Made by a program: the position numbers and the translations under genes. Positions 18,068-27,840 of a DNA stretch of 64,000 bases are shown here, piece after piece. The stretch lies in IMG/VR virus record IMGVR_UViG_3300020048_000009, positions 147,679 through 211,678 of that record; one strand, 5' to 3'. Below the pieces are notes generated by a model. The model was not told the origin of the DNA and did not search any database. It was given only the letters and a program-made list of their open reading frames with translations. Each line of letters opens with the position of its first letter. Positions within the stretch are counted from its first letter, which is position 1. The DNA is from a virus. Lineage: Duplodnaviria; Caudoviricetes.

Positions 18068-18355
18068 ATGGATAACGAAGTAATTGTATTAGATGGAAGC
18101 ATTGTAAATATAGTAAGTGAAAAAACTATAGGACCAAATAAACTTAAATATTGTATTTTATTGTTACAAGTAAAAGGTTCAAAAAATAATATCATTCCTA
18201 TAAATGTATATGGTATGAATGTAGATAAAGCGAAGTCATTAAAAATAGGTACTAATTGTAGTGTAAATACTACTATTTCAGCTAAAGGATATAAAGATAA
18301 TTATTTTATTTCTTTAGACTTAGTAAGTTTAATGGTAAAAATGGATAGTAAGTAG
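18068..18355 (+). CDS. OB-fold ssDNA-binding-like protein (DUF3127/SSB-like)
   Basis: Beta-rich 95 aa, L.G.IV.I.....G...K...LL...I.I..YG..V.....L.IG..V...I.A..Y...YF.SL. Confidence 0.5.
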   Translation: MDNEVIVLDGSIVNIVSEKTIGPNKLKYCILLLQVKGSKNNIIPINVYGMNVDKAKSLKIGTNCSVNTTISAKGYKDNYFISLDLVSLMVKMDSK

Positions 18356-18397
18356 TATAATTGTATCTAGTATGGATACAATAGGAGTATTATAAGT

Positions 18398-19468
18398 ATG
18401 AATAAGTTAAATGAAGTTCTTTGGGAATTCACAAATAAGTGTAATAAAAACTGTGAATATTGTGGATCTAAAGATTTAATGAATAATGGAGCACAAGAGC
18501 TTACAATTGAGCAAAAACTTGATGTATGTAAGCAGATTGTATCTATGGGTATTAATGAATTAACTTTTACAGGCGGTGAGCCTTCTGTAAAAAGTAATGA
18601 TCTATATAAAGTAGTTCAATATTTTAGAGATAATGCTCCAGGTATAAAGTTGAAGATTTTAACAAATGGTAATTTGTTTAAAGGCCATGATTTATATAGA
18701 CATGGTGTAATTATAGATAATATGACATCTATAGGCTTATCATTAAATACATTAGACGATATTTTAGAGTTAAGGAAATATAGGGATACTATCCCATACG
18801 AAAAAACAGCAGCTGTTATTAATTTTGGTAAGCATAATATTGGAGATTTTGTAGAATTAATTAAAGCGGGTTTAAATTTTTGTGCTATACAGGTTCAATT
18901 AACAATGGGAAATGATCTCCAGTTAGATTTACCACAAATTAAAGTTCTTTTATCTTCTATACAAAAAGTAAATGAATCGGGTTTAGGAAAAATTTATATC
19001 GGTGATAATTTGAGTTATCACACTTCATGTGTTGCAGGTAAAAGCGCTTGTAGTATAACTTTTGATGGAAAAGTTGTAGCATGTTTATCACATAGATGTT
19101 TTACTAAAATTAAATACCATGGAAATTTGTTAACAGATAAATTTTCAGACATTTGGAGTCTTTGTTTTAGAGAATATAGAAATAGAGATGCTGAACCTCT
19201 TTCTTGTAAAGATTGTACTAGAATATGTAAACTAAAACAATCAACAGATACAATACCAGATACAACCACAACAATAACGTGGACACAAGAAGAATTAAAA
19301 ACAGATTGGACAAAAGTAACAATGCCAACTCTTATAACATATGGTGTTGGTGATTTTTCAAGAGATCAACATGTATATGTTTATGGTGTTATTAATCCCA
19401 ATACGACTGGTTATTATGCGGGTAAATTAGATATGACATCTCATAATAACACAAATAATTTAAAATAA
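18398..19468 (+). CDS. radical SAM/SPASM protein with a C-terminal YG-motif tail (splicease-like)
   Basis: WEFTNKCNKNCEYCGS, TGGEP, CVAG...SITFDGKVVACLS, CKDC; low-complexity linker followed by TYGV and VYGV. Confidence 0.85.
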   Translation: MNKLNEVLWEFTNKCNKNCEYCGSKDLMNNGAQELTIEQKLDVCKQIVSMGINELTFTGGEPSVKSNDLYKVVQYFRDNAPGIKLKILTNGNLFKGHDLYRHGVIIDNMTSIGLSLNTLDDILELRKYRDTIPYEKTAAVINFGKHNIGDFVELIKAGLNFCAIQVQLTMGNDLQLDLPQIKVLLSSIQKVNESGLGKIYIGDNLSYHTSCVAGKSACSITFDGKVVACLSHRCFTKIKYHGNLLTDKFSDIWSLCFREYRNRDAEPLSCKDCTRICKLKQSTDTIPDTTTTITWTQEELKTDWTKVTMPTLITYGVGDFSRDQHVYVYGVINPNTTGYYAGKLDMTSHNNTNNLK

Positions 19469-19474
19469 AATTTT

Positions 19475-20527
19475 ATGATTAATAAATTAAAAGATATTAA
19501 AGAATCACTCTGTTATGATGATGTTTTATTACTTCCTCGGTATAGTACAATAAAATCTAGATTTATTGACGTAGATCTTAGCGTTACATTAGATAAGAAA
19601 AGAGGTATAACTTTAAAACTACCGATTATTTCTAGTCCAATGGATACAATTACTGAAGATAGAATGGCTATTGTGATGGCTGATGTGGGTGGATTGGGCA
19701 TCATCCATAGATATAATACAATAGAAAGACAAATTTTCTTGTTATCTACCGTATTATTTGATAATTCAGATAGAAATGTTGCATGTGCTATCGGTATAAG
19801 CGGTGATTATTTAGAACGAGCCGAAAGATTGGTTAAATCTGGATGTAGAATTTTATGTTTAGATGTTGCACATGGCCATTGTGAACAGATGAAGATTGCG
19901 TTACAAACACTTCGTCCGCTATATCCCGATATTCATTTAATGGCCGGTAATATTGCAACAAGTATTGGTGGATGTGAATTACAAGAATGGGGTGCTGATA
20001 GTATTCGTTGTGGTGTGGGTAGTGGAAGTATCTGTAGTACAAGAATTCAAACAGGTCATGGTCAGCAAGTTCTTCAGACAATTGTTGATTGTGCTGAACA
20101 TGTTTCTGACGATTTACCATTAATTGCCGATGGCGGAATTAAAAATTCTGGTGATATAGCTAAAGCTTTAGCAGGTGGAGCATCGTTTGCTATGATTGGT
20201 TCTCTATTTGCTGGAACGACTGAAACACCTGGTGAAATTATTTTAGATAAATCTGATAAGAAAAGAAAATTATATAGAGGAATGGCATCTAAAGAAGCAC
20301 AATTAGAATGGCGAGGAAGAGCCGCTTCATTAGAAGGAGTTTCAACAACAGTTCCTTATAGGGGAACAGTATTAGAAATTCTAAATAATATAGATACTAA
20401 TTTACGTTCATGTTTTTCTTATTCAGGTGCACATAATATTAATGAATTTTGGGATCGGTCTATTTTTGTAAAACAAACGGCTGGTGGATATAACGAGAGC
20501 TTTACACATATTTTGAATAGGAATTAA
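19475..20527 (+). CDS. IMP dehydrogenase/GMP reductase family protein (no CBS domains)
   Basis: [52 protein letters not shown]. Confidence 0.92.
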   Translation: MINKLKDIKESLCYDDVLLLPRYSTIKSRFIDVDLSVTLDKKRGITLKLPIISSPMDTITEDRMAIVMADVGGLGIIHRYNTIERQIFLLSTVLFDNSDRNVACAIGISGDYLERAERLVKSGCRILCLDVAHGHCEQMKIALQTLRPLYPDIHLMAGNIATSIGGCELQEWGADSIRCGVGSGSICSTRIQTGHGQQVLQTIVDCAEHVSDDLPLIADGGIKNSGDIAKALAGGASFAMIGSLFAGTTETPGEIILDKSDKKRKLYRGMASKEAQLEWRGRAASLEGVSTTVPYRGTVLEILNNIDTNLRSCFSYSGAHNINEFWDRSIFVKQTAGGYNESFTHILNRN

Positions 20528-20528
20528 G

Positions 20529-21287
20529 ATGACGGTTAATATAATAAGTGATTTACATGTAAATCCAAATTATGGTATTTATGATAGATTTGATCCGACT
20601 AAATTAAAAAATGCAGATGTTATTGCCATTGCTGGTGATATTTATACTGTTGGTGGGAATGGTGTATTTGAAAGGTATATAAAACGCTTTTCTGAAGATT
20701 TTGTTGCTGCTGATGGATCTAAAAAATTTAAGCATTTAATATGTGTTAAAGGCAATCATGATTATTATACATATGATTTTAATGATTTATCATGTATAAA
20801 ACAAGATGTAGACCATAGAAATACTATTACAACAATTGATAATGTTTCTTTTTTATCAACGACTCTTTGGACAAATATAACAAAAAATATATTAATGCTT
20901 CAACAGTTTTTCCCTGATTATAGAATGATTCCATATTTTCTTGTAAATGATAGTAATAGATTATTTGTAGAAAATCTTGAATGGTTGGAAGAAAACGCTA
21001 AAAAGGAAAAAGAAAAAGGTAATAAAGTTGTTATCTTAACTCATCATGTACCTCATAAAAAATTATCAAATATATCATATAAAGATAGTAACGCTAATGA
21101 ACGTTTTACTGTTATGGCTAGAGATTTTTATAAAAGATGTACTGCAATTAAAGCTAAATATTGGATTCATGGACATTCACATGATTATATGAATAAAAAA
21201 ATAGGAACTACCACTTTTATTAGAAATCCGTTTGGATATGTATTAGAACAAACAGGCTTTAAATATGATTGTGTTATAAAGGTTTAA
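20529..21287 (+). CDS. calcineurin-like metallophosphoesterase
   Basis: SDLH, AGD, GNHDYY, THHVP, HGHSH. Confidence 0.9.
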   Translation: MTVNIISDLHVNPNYGIYDRFDPTKLKNADVIAIAGDIYTVGGNGVFERYIKRFSEDFVAADGSKKFKHLICVKGNHDYYTYDFNDLSCIKQDVDHRNTITTIDNVSFLSTTLWTNITKNILMLQQFFPDYRMIPYFLVNDSNRLFVENLEWLEENAKKEKEKGNKVVILTHHVPHKKLSNISYKDSNANERFTVMARDFYKRCTAIKAKYWIHGHSHDYMNKKIGTTTFIRNPFGYVLEQTGFKYDCVIKV

Positions 21288-21288
21288 A

Positions 21289-21732
21289 ATGTTAAAAAGA
21301 ATAAAGAATAAAATAGTTGAAATATATTGGAAAATTTATAGAAGATTTTTTGATAGATATGATTTGATTAAAGCTGATACTTTAAGTAAAACGGAATATT
21401 ATGATACCGATACTCGAATATTACATTGTGTAATGCAAAGTATTATAGATTTTTATGATATTGAAATGACTGAATATGAGAAAAATGAATATCTAGAATT
21501 TTTAAAAGGTAATAAAACAACACTAGAGAAAGATCATATACATTTCATTAAAGCTATTAGATCAATATATATATGGTGGAAAAACTACCCTAATAGAGAA
21601 GAAGAAATTTCAAAACTATATGAAAATAATGCTCCCTATAAAATTATTAGAAAAAAGGAAGCAGACTTACTTAAAGAAGAACAGACTGAATTAATGTCTG
21701 CTATTGCTATACGACCAAAACTTTGGTCGTAA
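21289..21732 (+). CDS. hypothetical protein
   Basis: Last gene of the early block. Confidence 0.7.
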   Translation: MLKRIKNKIVEIYWKIYRRFFDRYDLIKADTLSKTEYYDTDTRILHCVMQSIIDFYDIEMTEYEKNEYLEFLKGNKTTLEKDHIHFIKAIRSIYIWWKNYPNREEEISKLYENNAPYKIIRKKEADLLKEEQTELMSAIAIRPKLWS

Positions 21733-21758
21733 CTCTTAAAAAAAATAAAAAATAATTC

Positions 21759-21766
21759 AATAAATA
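21759..21766 (+). promoter_or_regulatory. putative late promoter (AATAAATA variant)
   Basis: About 35 nt upstream of ATG 21801; T4 TATAAATA-like. Confidence 0.45.
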
Positions 21767-21800
21767 ATATAAAATCAAAATTTTATATTATTTTTTATTT

Positions 21801-22103
21801 ATGAAACTATTAAAACTCTTTCCATTAGTCTTAGAAGCAGTAAAAGACTCCGATTATACGCAATTAACACTGGATTTAAAAAAACCAGAACCGAAATATA
21901 ATAAATATGCCGGATATAAGGGTGGGATAGTTAAAATTGAAAAAATTGAAAATTCTGATAAATGGCGGGTTGTTGAACGAAAAGCCGGAATGAAACCATA
22001 TGCATTGGAACGTTTGGGTTTTCATGATAAAAATACAATGCAGGTCATATTGGATAAATGGGCCAAAAAGAATGGAAGAAACCCCCTTCCTATTAAAGGA
22101 TAA
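21801..22103 (+). CDS. hypothetical virion-associated protein
   Basis: N-terminal LVLEA motif; late-promoter-like site upstream. Confidence 0.6.
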   Translation: MKLLKLFPLVLEAVKDSDYTQLTLDLKKPEPKYNKYAGYKGGIVKIEKIENSDKWRVVERKAGMKPYALERLGFHDKNTMQVILDKWAKKNGRNPLPIKG

Positions 22104-22106
22104 ATA

Positions 22107-23504
22107 ATGAAATATTATAACATACACATTTGTGAAGCGTATAATCAAATAATCTTAGAAGATATTTCTAATAAGATATTGATACAATCTCAAAAAATAT
22201 GGAATACTATACCCGAAGAAGAAGTAAAAACAATTTTGGAAAACTTTTTACTCAATATTAGACATAAAGTAAAAACTCCTGATAATGATATAAACTTTTG
22301 GTTTAAAAAGCCTTTTAGTGAATTTAAAAATTTCGTAGAAAATTATAAATCATTAACACAGAGAAAAAAAGAACAAAAGTCTATTACTAAAATAACAAAA
22401 GATGGAAAAGGTATTGGTATTATTCAGAATGATGAATATGAACTTTGGAAAGTAGATTCATACAAAGCAGCTAAAGAATTAGGAAGATTTTATAAGGGTT
22501 ATTCTACCAGTTGGTGTATAAGCACTGATAATGAGGAATTTTGGAATAATTATTATTATGGTATAGAAAATGAAGAGTATGATTCTGACAATGATAGCGA
22601 TGATGATGAATGGTCAGAACTACCACATCGAATTTATTTTCTAATTAGAAAAAATAGAAAAAATGATGATTATGATAAAATTGCCATTTTAATACATGAA
22701 CGTAGTGAATACTTAAGCTTTTGGACGGTTTCTGATGAAAATGTAGAAATTTCAGATATTTATAAAGTATTAGATATTGACTTTTTTAAACCATATATAA
22801 AATATTATCCATATGATCAGAACTCTAAAGAATATATTAAATATAAATTAGGAAAAGATTTCATTAATGCGTGTGGTCATAGCGGTAGATACGGTGATAT
22901 ATCTAGAATTAAAAAATTTGTAGATAATGGTGTTGATCTTAAATCACATGGCGAGAGTGCATTAATGAAAGCGTTAAAAAATAAAATAATACCTACAAGT
23001 AAATACCTTATAGAATTAGGAATACCTATTACTAAAGATAATTATGGTAATATACTATATTATGGTAGTAAAACTAATAATTTTGAATTAATAAAAATTA
23101 TTATAGAAAAATGTATTGAACAGGGGTTTGACGTAAATTATGATAGTATGTTAGTATGGCTTTATCGTACTACAACAAATATAGATACAAATATAATAAA
23201 ATATCTATTAAGCCACGGGGCAGATATTCATCACAATGATAATCAAATAATAAAACGTTTAGTATATAATTTTTATGATAAAGATTATGGTGATATATTT
23301 AAGTTTTTAATAGATAATAAACATATTACTAAAGAAGAATTATTAAAAATTGCAGTTAACAGTAATCATTTTAGATCAACAAAATATTTTATAGATATTG
23401 GTGCAGATATTAATACTATTACTGATGAGGATTTTATCACAAACACTGTGCTAAAAAATACAAGACCTGAAATAATTAATTTATTTAAAAATAGAACGAA
23501 ATAA
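22107..23504 (+). CDS. ankyrin-repeat protein with an N-terminal phage WC domain
   Basis: ICEAYNQIILE; SWCIST..FW..YY; C-terminal KKFVDNGVD, KYLIELG, KYLLSHGADI, KYFIDIGADIN. Confidence 0.75.
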   Translation: MKYYNIHICEAYNQIILEDISNKILIQSQKIWNTIPEEEVKTILENFLLNIRHKVKTPDNDINFWFKKPFSEFKNFVENYKSLTQRKKEQKSITKITKDGKGIGIIQNDEYELWKVDSYKAAKELGRFYKGYSTSWCISTDNEEFWNNYYYGIENEEYDSDNDSDDDEWSELPHRIYFLIRKNRKNDDYDKIAILIHERSEYLSFWTVSDENVEISDIYKVLDIDFFKPYIKYYPYDQNSKEYIKYKLGKDFINACGHSGRYGDISRIKKFVDNGVDLKSHGESALMKALKNKIIPTSKYLIELGIPITKDNYGNILYYGSKTNNFELIKIIIEKCIEQGFDVNYDSMLVWLYRTTTNIDTNIIKYLLSHGADIHHNDNQIIKRLVYNFYDKDYGDIFKFLIDNKHITKEELLKIAVNSNHFRSTKYFIDIGADINTITDEDFITNTVLKNTRPEIINLFKNRTK

Positions 23505-23518
23505 GAAAGAAAATATAA

Positions 23519-24562
23519 ATGAAAGATTATAATGATATAGTATATAAAGCATATCAATTAGTACTTGAAAGTACTAGAGGTTCTGCTGATATAAATATTC
23601 CTAGACCAAATAGACTTAAAACACCACCTAATAATTATGGCAGTTCAGGGCAAAATGCTCGTGAGTATGGTATGTATATTCAAGACCAAGCTGAAGAAGT
23701 CTATCAAGATAAATATGGTAGAGAAAAAGGTACCAAAGCATGGGAAGGTATCATTAGTGTTGGAAATGCAATGTTTAAAGCATGTGATCAAATTTTAGGT
23801 GAAAAACGTACAATGACTGATATAGTTGGTGATTTTATGCGAGATCAAGTTGATAATATGATTACCGATGAAATATGGCGCAAAGCTACTGATTCTTACA
23901 TTTGTTTATGGTGTGCCTGGATTTTATTACAAAAAACTAAAGGAACCAATTATACACAAGACTTTTTATCAGAATGCATCCCAACTTTTAAAAGTGTACT
24001 ATCATATCTACCAGGTTTCTTAGAACCATTTTTACTTAAAGCAGAAATAGATATTAATAATTTTGCATTAAGTAAAAAAGTTCAAACTGCTGTTGATTTA
24101 AAAGAAAAAGTTAGACAGCAACTAGCAGCATTAGACGCAGTAGAACAGCAACAAAAACAAACAGCAGCGACTAATACCAAAACAATGATAGATACGTTTG
24201 TTAATGCATTACCAAATGCTGCAGCTATTAAAGCAAATACAAAATATAATAACTATATATACGATCGGATTAGTATATTAATAGATTCTAAGGCATTAAC
24301 TAAATTAATTAAATATGAATTTAATGGTCAAAAAGATAATGATAGAATAGTTAATATGCTTAGAAAATCATTACGAGACGAATATAAAAATGAAGCAGAT
24401 GTTATGCCATGGATGATTGATATATCAAAAGCTAGAAATTTTGCTGATAATATGAATGCCGCTATTACTGATGAAGGTAAAAGAAATGCTCGTAAAAAAG
24501 CCGCAGAAGATTTAGGTGTAAAATATATTGCCGATCGTTTTACAAATGCGGTACCCGAATAA
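23519..24562 (+). CDS. hypothetical, probable head-packaged protein
   Basis: N-terminal KAYQLVLES. Confidence 0.6.
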   Translation: MKDYNDIVYKAYQLVLESTRGSADINIPRPNRLKTPPNNYGSSGQNAREYGMYIQDQAEEVYQDKYGREKGTKAWEGIISVGNAMFKACDQILGEKRTMTDIVGDFMRDQVDNMITDEIWRKATDSYICLWCAWILLQKTKGTNYTQDFLSECIPTFKSVLSYLPGFLEPFLLKAEIDINNFALSKKVQTAVDLKEKVRQQLAALDAVEQQQKQTAATNTKTMIDTFVNALPNAAAIKANTKYNNYIYDRISILIDSKALTKLIKYEFNGQKDNDRIVNMLRKSLRDEYKNEADVMPWMIDISKARNFADNMNAAITDEGKRNARKKAAEDLGVKYIADRFTNAVPE

Positions 24563-24617
24563 AAGAAAGTATTTTATTTACGTTATTAATAAGCATTTAT
24601 ACGTATAATTTGATTAT

Positions 24618-26258
24618 ATGTCAAATGAACAACTGTCCAAATTAGATCAATGTTTAGCTTATTTTAATAGTAACAATCTAACACCCAGAATTAACCAAAG
24701 GGAATGTTTAGATTTTTTATTAAAAAATGATGATAAAGAATTTTTTATATTAAACCTTCCGACAGGAACGGGCAAAAGCTTTATACCATTATCACTTGGT
24801 GAAATTCATAAAAAAATATTAATCGTTACTTCTACAAACCAATTAATAGAACAATATCTTAAATTGGATAAAAATGTTGTAGAAATAAAAGGCGCAGGTA
24901 ACTATAAATGCGCAAAAGAAGACTTCCTTACATGTGCTGAAGGTCCATGTAAAAATAACATGGCATTACGTCAAAGCTGTATTATTAATTCATGCTGTCC
25001 ACATATAAACCAATTAGACGCATTTAAAAATGCTAAAAAAGGTTTAACAAATTATTCTTTTGTTTTAAGTAGTATTTTATATGGTATATTTTCTGAAGAA
25101 AATAGAGAGTTTAAATATGATTGGGTTATATTTGATGAAGGTCATAATATAGAACAACATATGATTGACTTCGCAACCATAAAAATCGATTATAATTATC
25201 TAATAGAAAATCAGATAATTCCCTATGACGATTATATCATTAAAAACAAACAAGAAATTACATGGGTAGATATTATTAATTCTTGTAAATTTATTCAATC
25301 TAAAATAGCATATAGATTAGAAGTAATAAACTTTAGATTAGATGAATTGAAAAAATCTAAAAAAACGCTTAAAATCAAAAAGGAAATTAAAAAGTCTTTA
25401 GAAGAAAAATCTTTCTTGGATAAGATATTAACACCCTTCTTATTATTTCTATCACATTCAAATGAAAATAATTGGATATATGAACCCAATTCTTCTGATA
25501 ATACTTTTAAATTGACACCTATTAATGCTGGATTTATCTTTAATTCGTATTTAAAAACTATTGGTAAGAAGTTTATCTTTATGTCAGCCACAATCGGCGA
25601 CCAGGACGTGTTTAAACGCATCTTGGAGCTAGAGCCAAGTAAAACTACTTACTTCGAATGCGACTCACCATTCCCCGCTAAAGCAAGCCCTGTGGTCGTT
25701 CTACCGAAACTCAATTTATCATATACTGCTATTGATAATTCTCTAGAAAAATGTTTACAATATGTTGAAGCTATTTCATCTAAGCATAAAGAGGGTGGAA
25801 TTATCCATACTGCTAATTATAAGATTGCAACATATATCTATAATAATTGCAATCCGACATTAAAAAATAGATTAGTATGTAAAGAAAAGTACAAAAACGT
25901 AAATAACTCTAGATTAGTAGAAATACATGAAGAAAATATTAGAGGCGGTCTTAATTCTATCCTATTATCACCGTCTATGATTGAAGGATTGGATCTTATA
26001 GATGATTTAAGTAGATGGCAGATTATAATTAAGTTACCTTTTGCTAGTTTGGGTGATGGAAGAGTCAATTATCTAGCCAATAAATTTAAAGAATGGTATG
26101 TTGATGATGTTGTTAAAAAAATCATTCAGGCTTGTGGCAGAAGTACTAGAACTGAAAATGACTGGTCTATAACATATATTTTAGATAAAACCGCTCCAGC
26201 TATATTTGAACAAATTAAATTGCCTATATGGTTTAAAAATAGACTTATTTTTAAATAG
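24618..26258 (+). CDS. DinG/XPD-like SF2 helicase
   Basis: LPTGTGKS, Fe-S Cys cluster, FDEGHN, MSAT, EGLD, QACGRSTR. Confidence 0.92.
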   Translation: MSNEQLSKLDQCLAYFNSNNLTPRINQRECLDFLLKNDDKEFFILNLPTGTGKSFIPLSLGEIHKKILIVTSTNQLIEQYLKLDKNVVEIKGAGNYKCAKEDFLTCAEGPCKNNMALRQSCIINSCCPHINQLDAFKNAKKGLTNYSFVLSSILYGIFSEENREFKYDWVIFDEGHNIEQHMIDFATIKIDYNYLIENQIIPYDDYIIKNKQEITWVDIINSCKFIQSKIAYRLEVINFRLDELKKSKKTLKIKKEIKKSLEEKSFLDKILTPFLLFLSHSNENNWIYEPNSSDNTFKLTPINAGFIFNSYLKTIGKKFIFMSATIGDQDVFKRILELEPSKTTYFECDSPFPAKASPVVVLPKLNLSYTAIDNSLEKCLQYVEAISSKHKEGGIIHTANYKIATYIYNNCNPTLKNRLVCKEKYKNVNNSRLVEIHEENIRGGLNSILLSPSMIEGLDLIDDLSRWQIIIKLPFASLGDGRVNYLANKFKEWYVDDVVKKIIQACGRSTRTENDWSITYILDKTAPAIFEQIKLPIWFKNRLIFK

Positions 26259-26283
26259 GTCTATTCATATATAAATTTATTTT

Positions 26284-26292
26284 TAATAAATA
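26284..26292 (+). promoter_or_regulatory. putative late promoter TAATAAATA
   Basis: Upstream of ATG 26320. Confidence 0.55.
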
Positions 26293-26319
26293 AAATAAAT
26301 AACTTTTATTAAAAATAAT

Positions 26320-26658
26320 ATGAAAACAAAAGAATCCAAAGTTCAATATATAAAGAAAATAATAGATTTACAACCAGAACATCCTGGTAGTATTAGTTCA
26401 CAAGAACACAAAACTAAAGCCGGAAAGTTGAAAACATATTATTTATGGCAAACTTCTGTTAACGGTGAAAAAGTGTCTGTTCGTTTATCAAAACCTAATG
26501 ATATTTCAGAAATTAGGGATTATATGGATAAACTAAAACATAAAGAAAAAGCCCATAGTCGTAGTGTCTTAAAAATGGTTGATACCTTTAAAGGTGCAAT
26601 TTCAGAATTAGGTGCTGGAAAACGTGGAAATATCCAAAATTTAAAAGGTAAGAAATAA
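26320..26658 (+). CDS. basic hypothetical protein
   Basis: 112 aa after the late motif. Confidence 0.65.
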   Translation: MKTKESKVQYIKKIIDLQPEHPGSISSQEHKTKAGKLKTYYLWQTSVNGEKVSVRLSKPNDISEIRDYMDKLKHKEKAHSRSVLKMVDTFKGAISELGAGKRGNIQNLKGKK

Positions 26659-26659
26659 C

Positions 26660-27274
26660 ATGAAAATAGATAAAAAACAGTGGCAGCAAAAGATATATGA
26701 AAGTTTCTTATTGAATGAATTAGCAGCAAACGAAAATCAAGCAGTTAGAGACCTAAGAAAAGAACTAAAGCTTGATGATAAGTGGGAATCGTCATATGAA
26801 CTAAATAACAACAATAATAACATTATTGTTAAATTTACAAGTAATGATAAAACCTTGGAATTTAAATTTATTCCGTCTGCTGGAAAAGACTGTGGCTATC
26901 AAATAAAGATTAATGATGAAATTATAAAAACTTCAATAGAAACAGATCCTATAAAAAATATCTGTAATTTTATTTATGAGGATAGAGTTTTTAGAAACGT
27001 ATTAATTAAAGCTAAAGAGAAACTACTTGCTCGTGAAAAAGAACAAGAATTAGATGCTCAAAAGGATGTGTCTGCTGATGATAATGTTGATAAGAAATTA
27101 GATCAAGCAATTCCGCCGGCTGAACCCAAGGCTGAACCTTCTGGAGAACCATCGGGAGAACCATCGGGAGAACCAACAGATGAACCCACTGGAGATGAAG
27201 AAGCCAATCAGGAAAAAGCTCCACCAGAAACAGATGAAGAGAAAAAGAAACGTACAACAAGCGTAAAACTTTAA
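26660..27274 (+). CDS. probable head-packaged protein with EPSG repeats
   Basis: IYESFLLNE; acidic Pro-rich tail. Confidence 0.65.
   Translation: MKIDKKQWQQKIYESFLLNELAANENQAVRDLRKELKLDDKWESSYELNNNNNNIIVKFTSNDKTLEFKFIPSAGKDCGYQIKINDEIIKTSIETDPIKNICNFIYEDRVFRNVLIKAKEKLLAREKEQELDAQKDVSADDNVDKKLDQAIPPAEPKAEPSGEPSGEPSGEPTDEPTGDEEANQEKAPPETDEEKKKRTTSVKL
27143..27178 (+). repeat. 12-bp coding tandem repeat (ggagaaccatcg x2, plus one variant)
   Basis: Encodes GEPSGEPSGEPT. Confidence 0.85.
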
Positions 27275-27840
27275 TCTTTTAAAATAAACTGTTTAATAGA
27301 ATCCCGGATTTTATCTGGGATTTTTCTTTCTATATAATCAATGTTATCAAATTGATAGTTGTCATATTTTTGATTATATCGACTTAAAACAAAAGAAGGA
27401 TAGATGGTGATAAACATATAACAAATATCACTCAAATTAAGCTTTTTATGTTTTATAAAAACGACATTATTATATGATGATTTTTTGAAATTGATTTTAA
27501 AAAACTTATCAAATATTTGATTTATTTTTATTTCGTTATATACAATATCAGGTTCATCTATTGTATATTTAGATGTTAATTCTATATTATCAGTATTCGT
27601 ATTAGTATAATGGTGCTCGGGATAACATGTATCAATAATATAAAATTTATACTCTGAATTATAATGAGATATAATATCTAAAATAATTTTATCTACAGCT
27701 TTTAATATATCATTAGCTTTTACTTTTTCTGTAAATATGTATTTACCATTTTCATATATGAATGCATTATTCTTTTCGTCAAAATAATTTTTGACGAAAA
27801 TATTATATATGTCCTGATATGGTATTAAAATTATCTTCAT
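27271..27840 (-). CDS. hypothetical protein
   Basis: Abuts the RNase H gene stop. Confidence 0.65.
   Translation of the reverse strand: MKIILIPYQDIYNIFVKNYFDEKNNAFIYENGKYIFTEKVKANDILKAVDKIILDIISHYNSEYKFYIIDTCYPEHHYTNTNTDNIELTSKYTIDEPDIVYNEIKINQIFDKFFKINFKKSSYNNVVFIKHKKLNLSDICYMFITIYPSFVLSRYNQKYDNYQFDNIDYIERKIPDKIRDSIKQFILKD
27300..27330 (+). terminator. putative intrinsic terminator
   Basis: aatcccggat-ttt-atctgggatt stem followed by a T-run, downstream of stop 27274. Confidence 0.5.

Noticed and set aside
24618-26258. DinG as part of a type IV CRISPR system
   Set aside because: No csf/cas genes or array nearby
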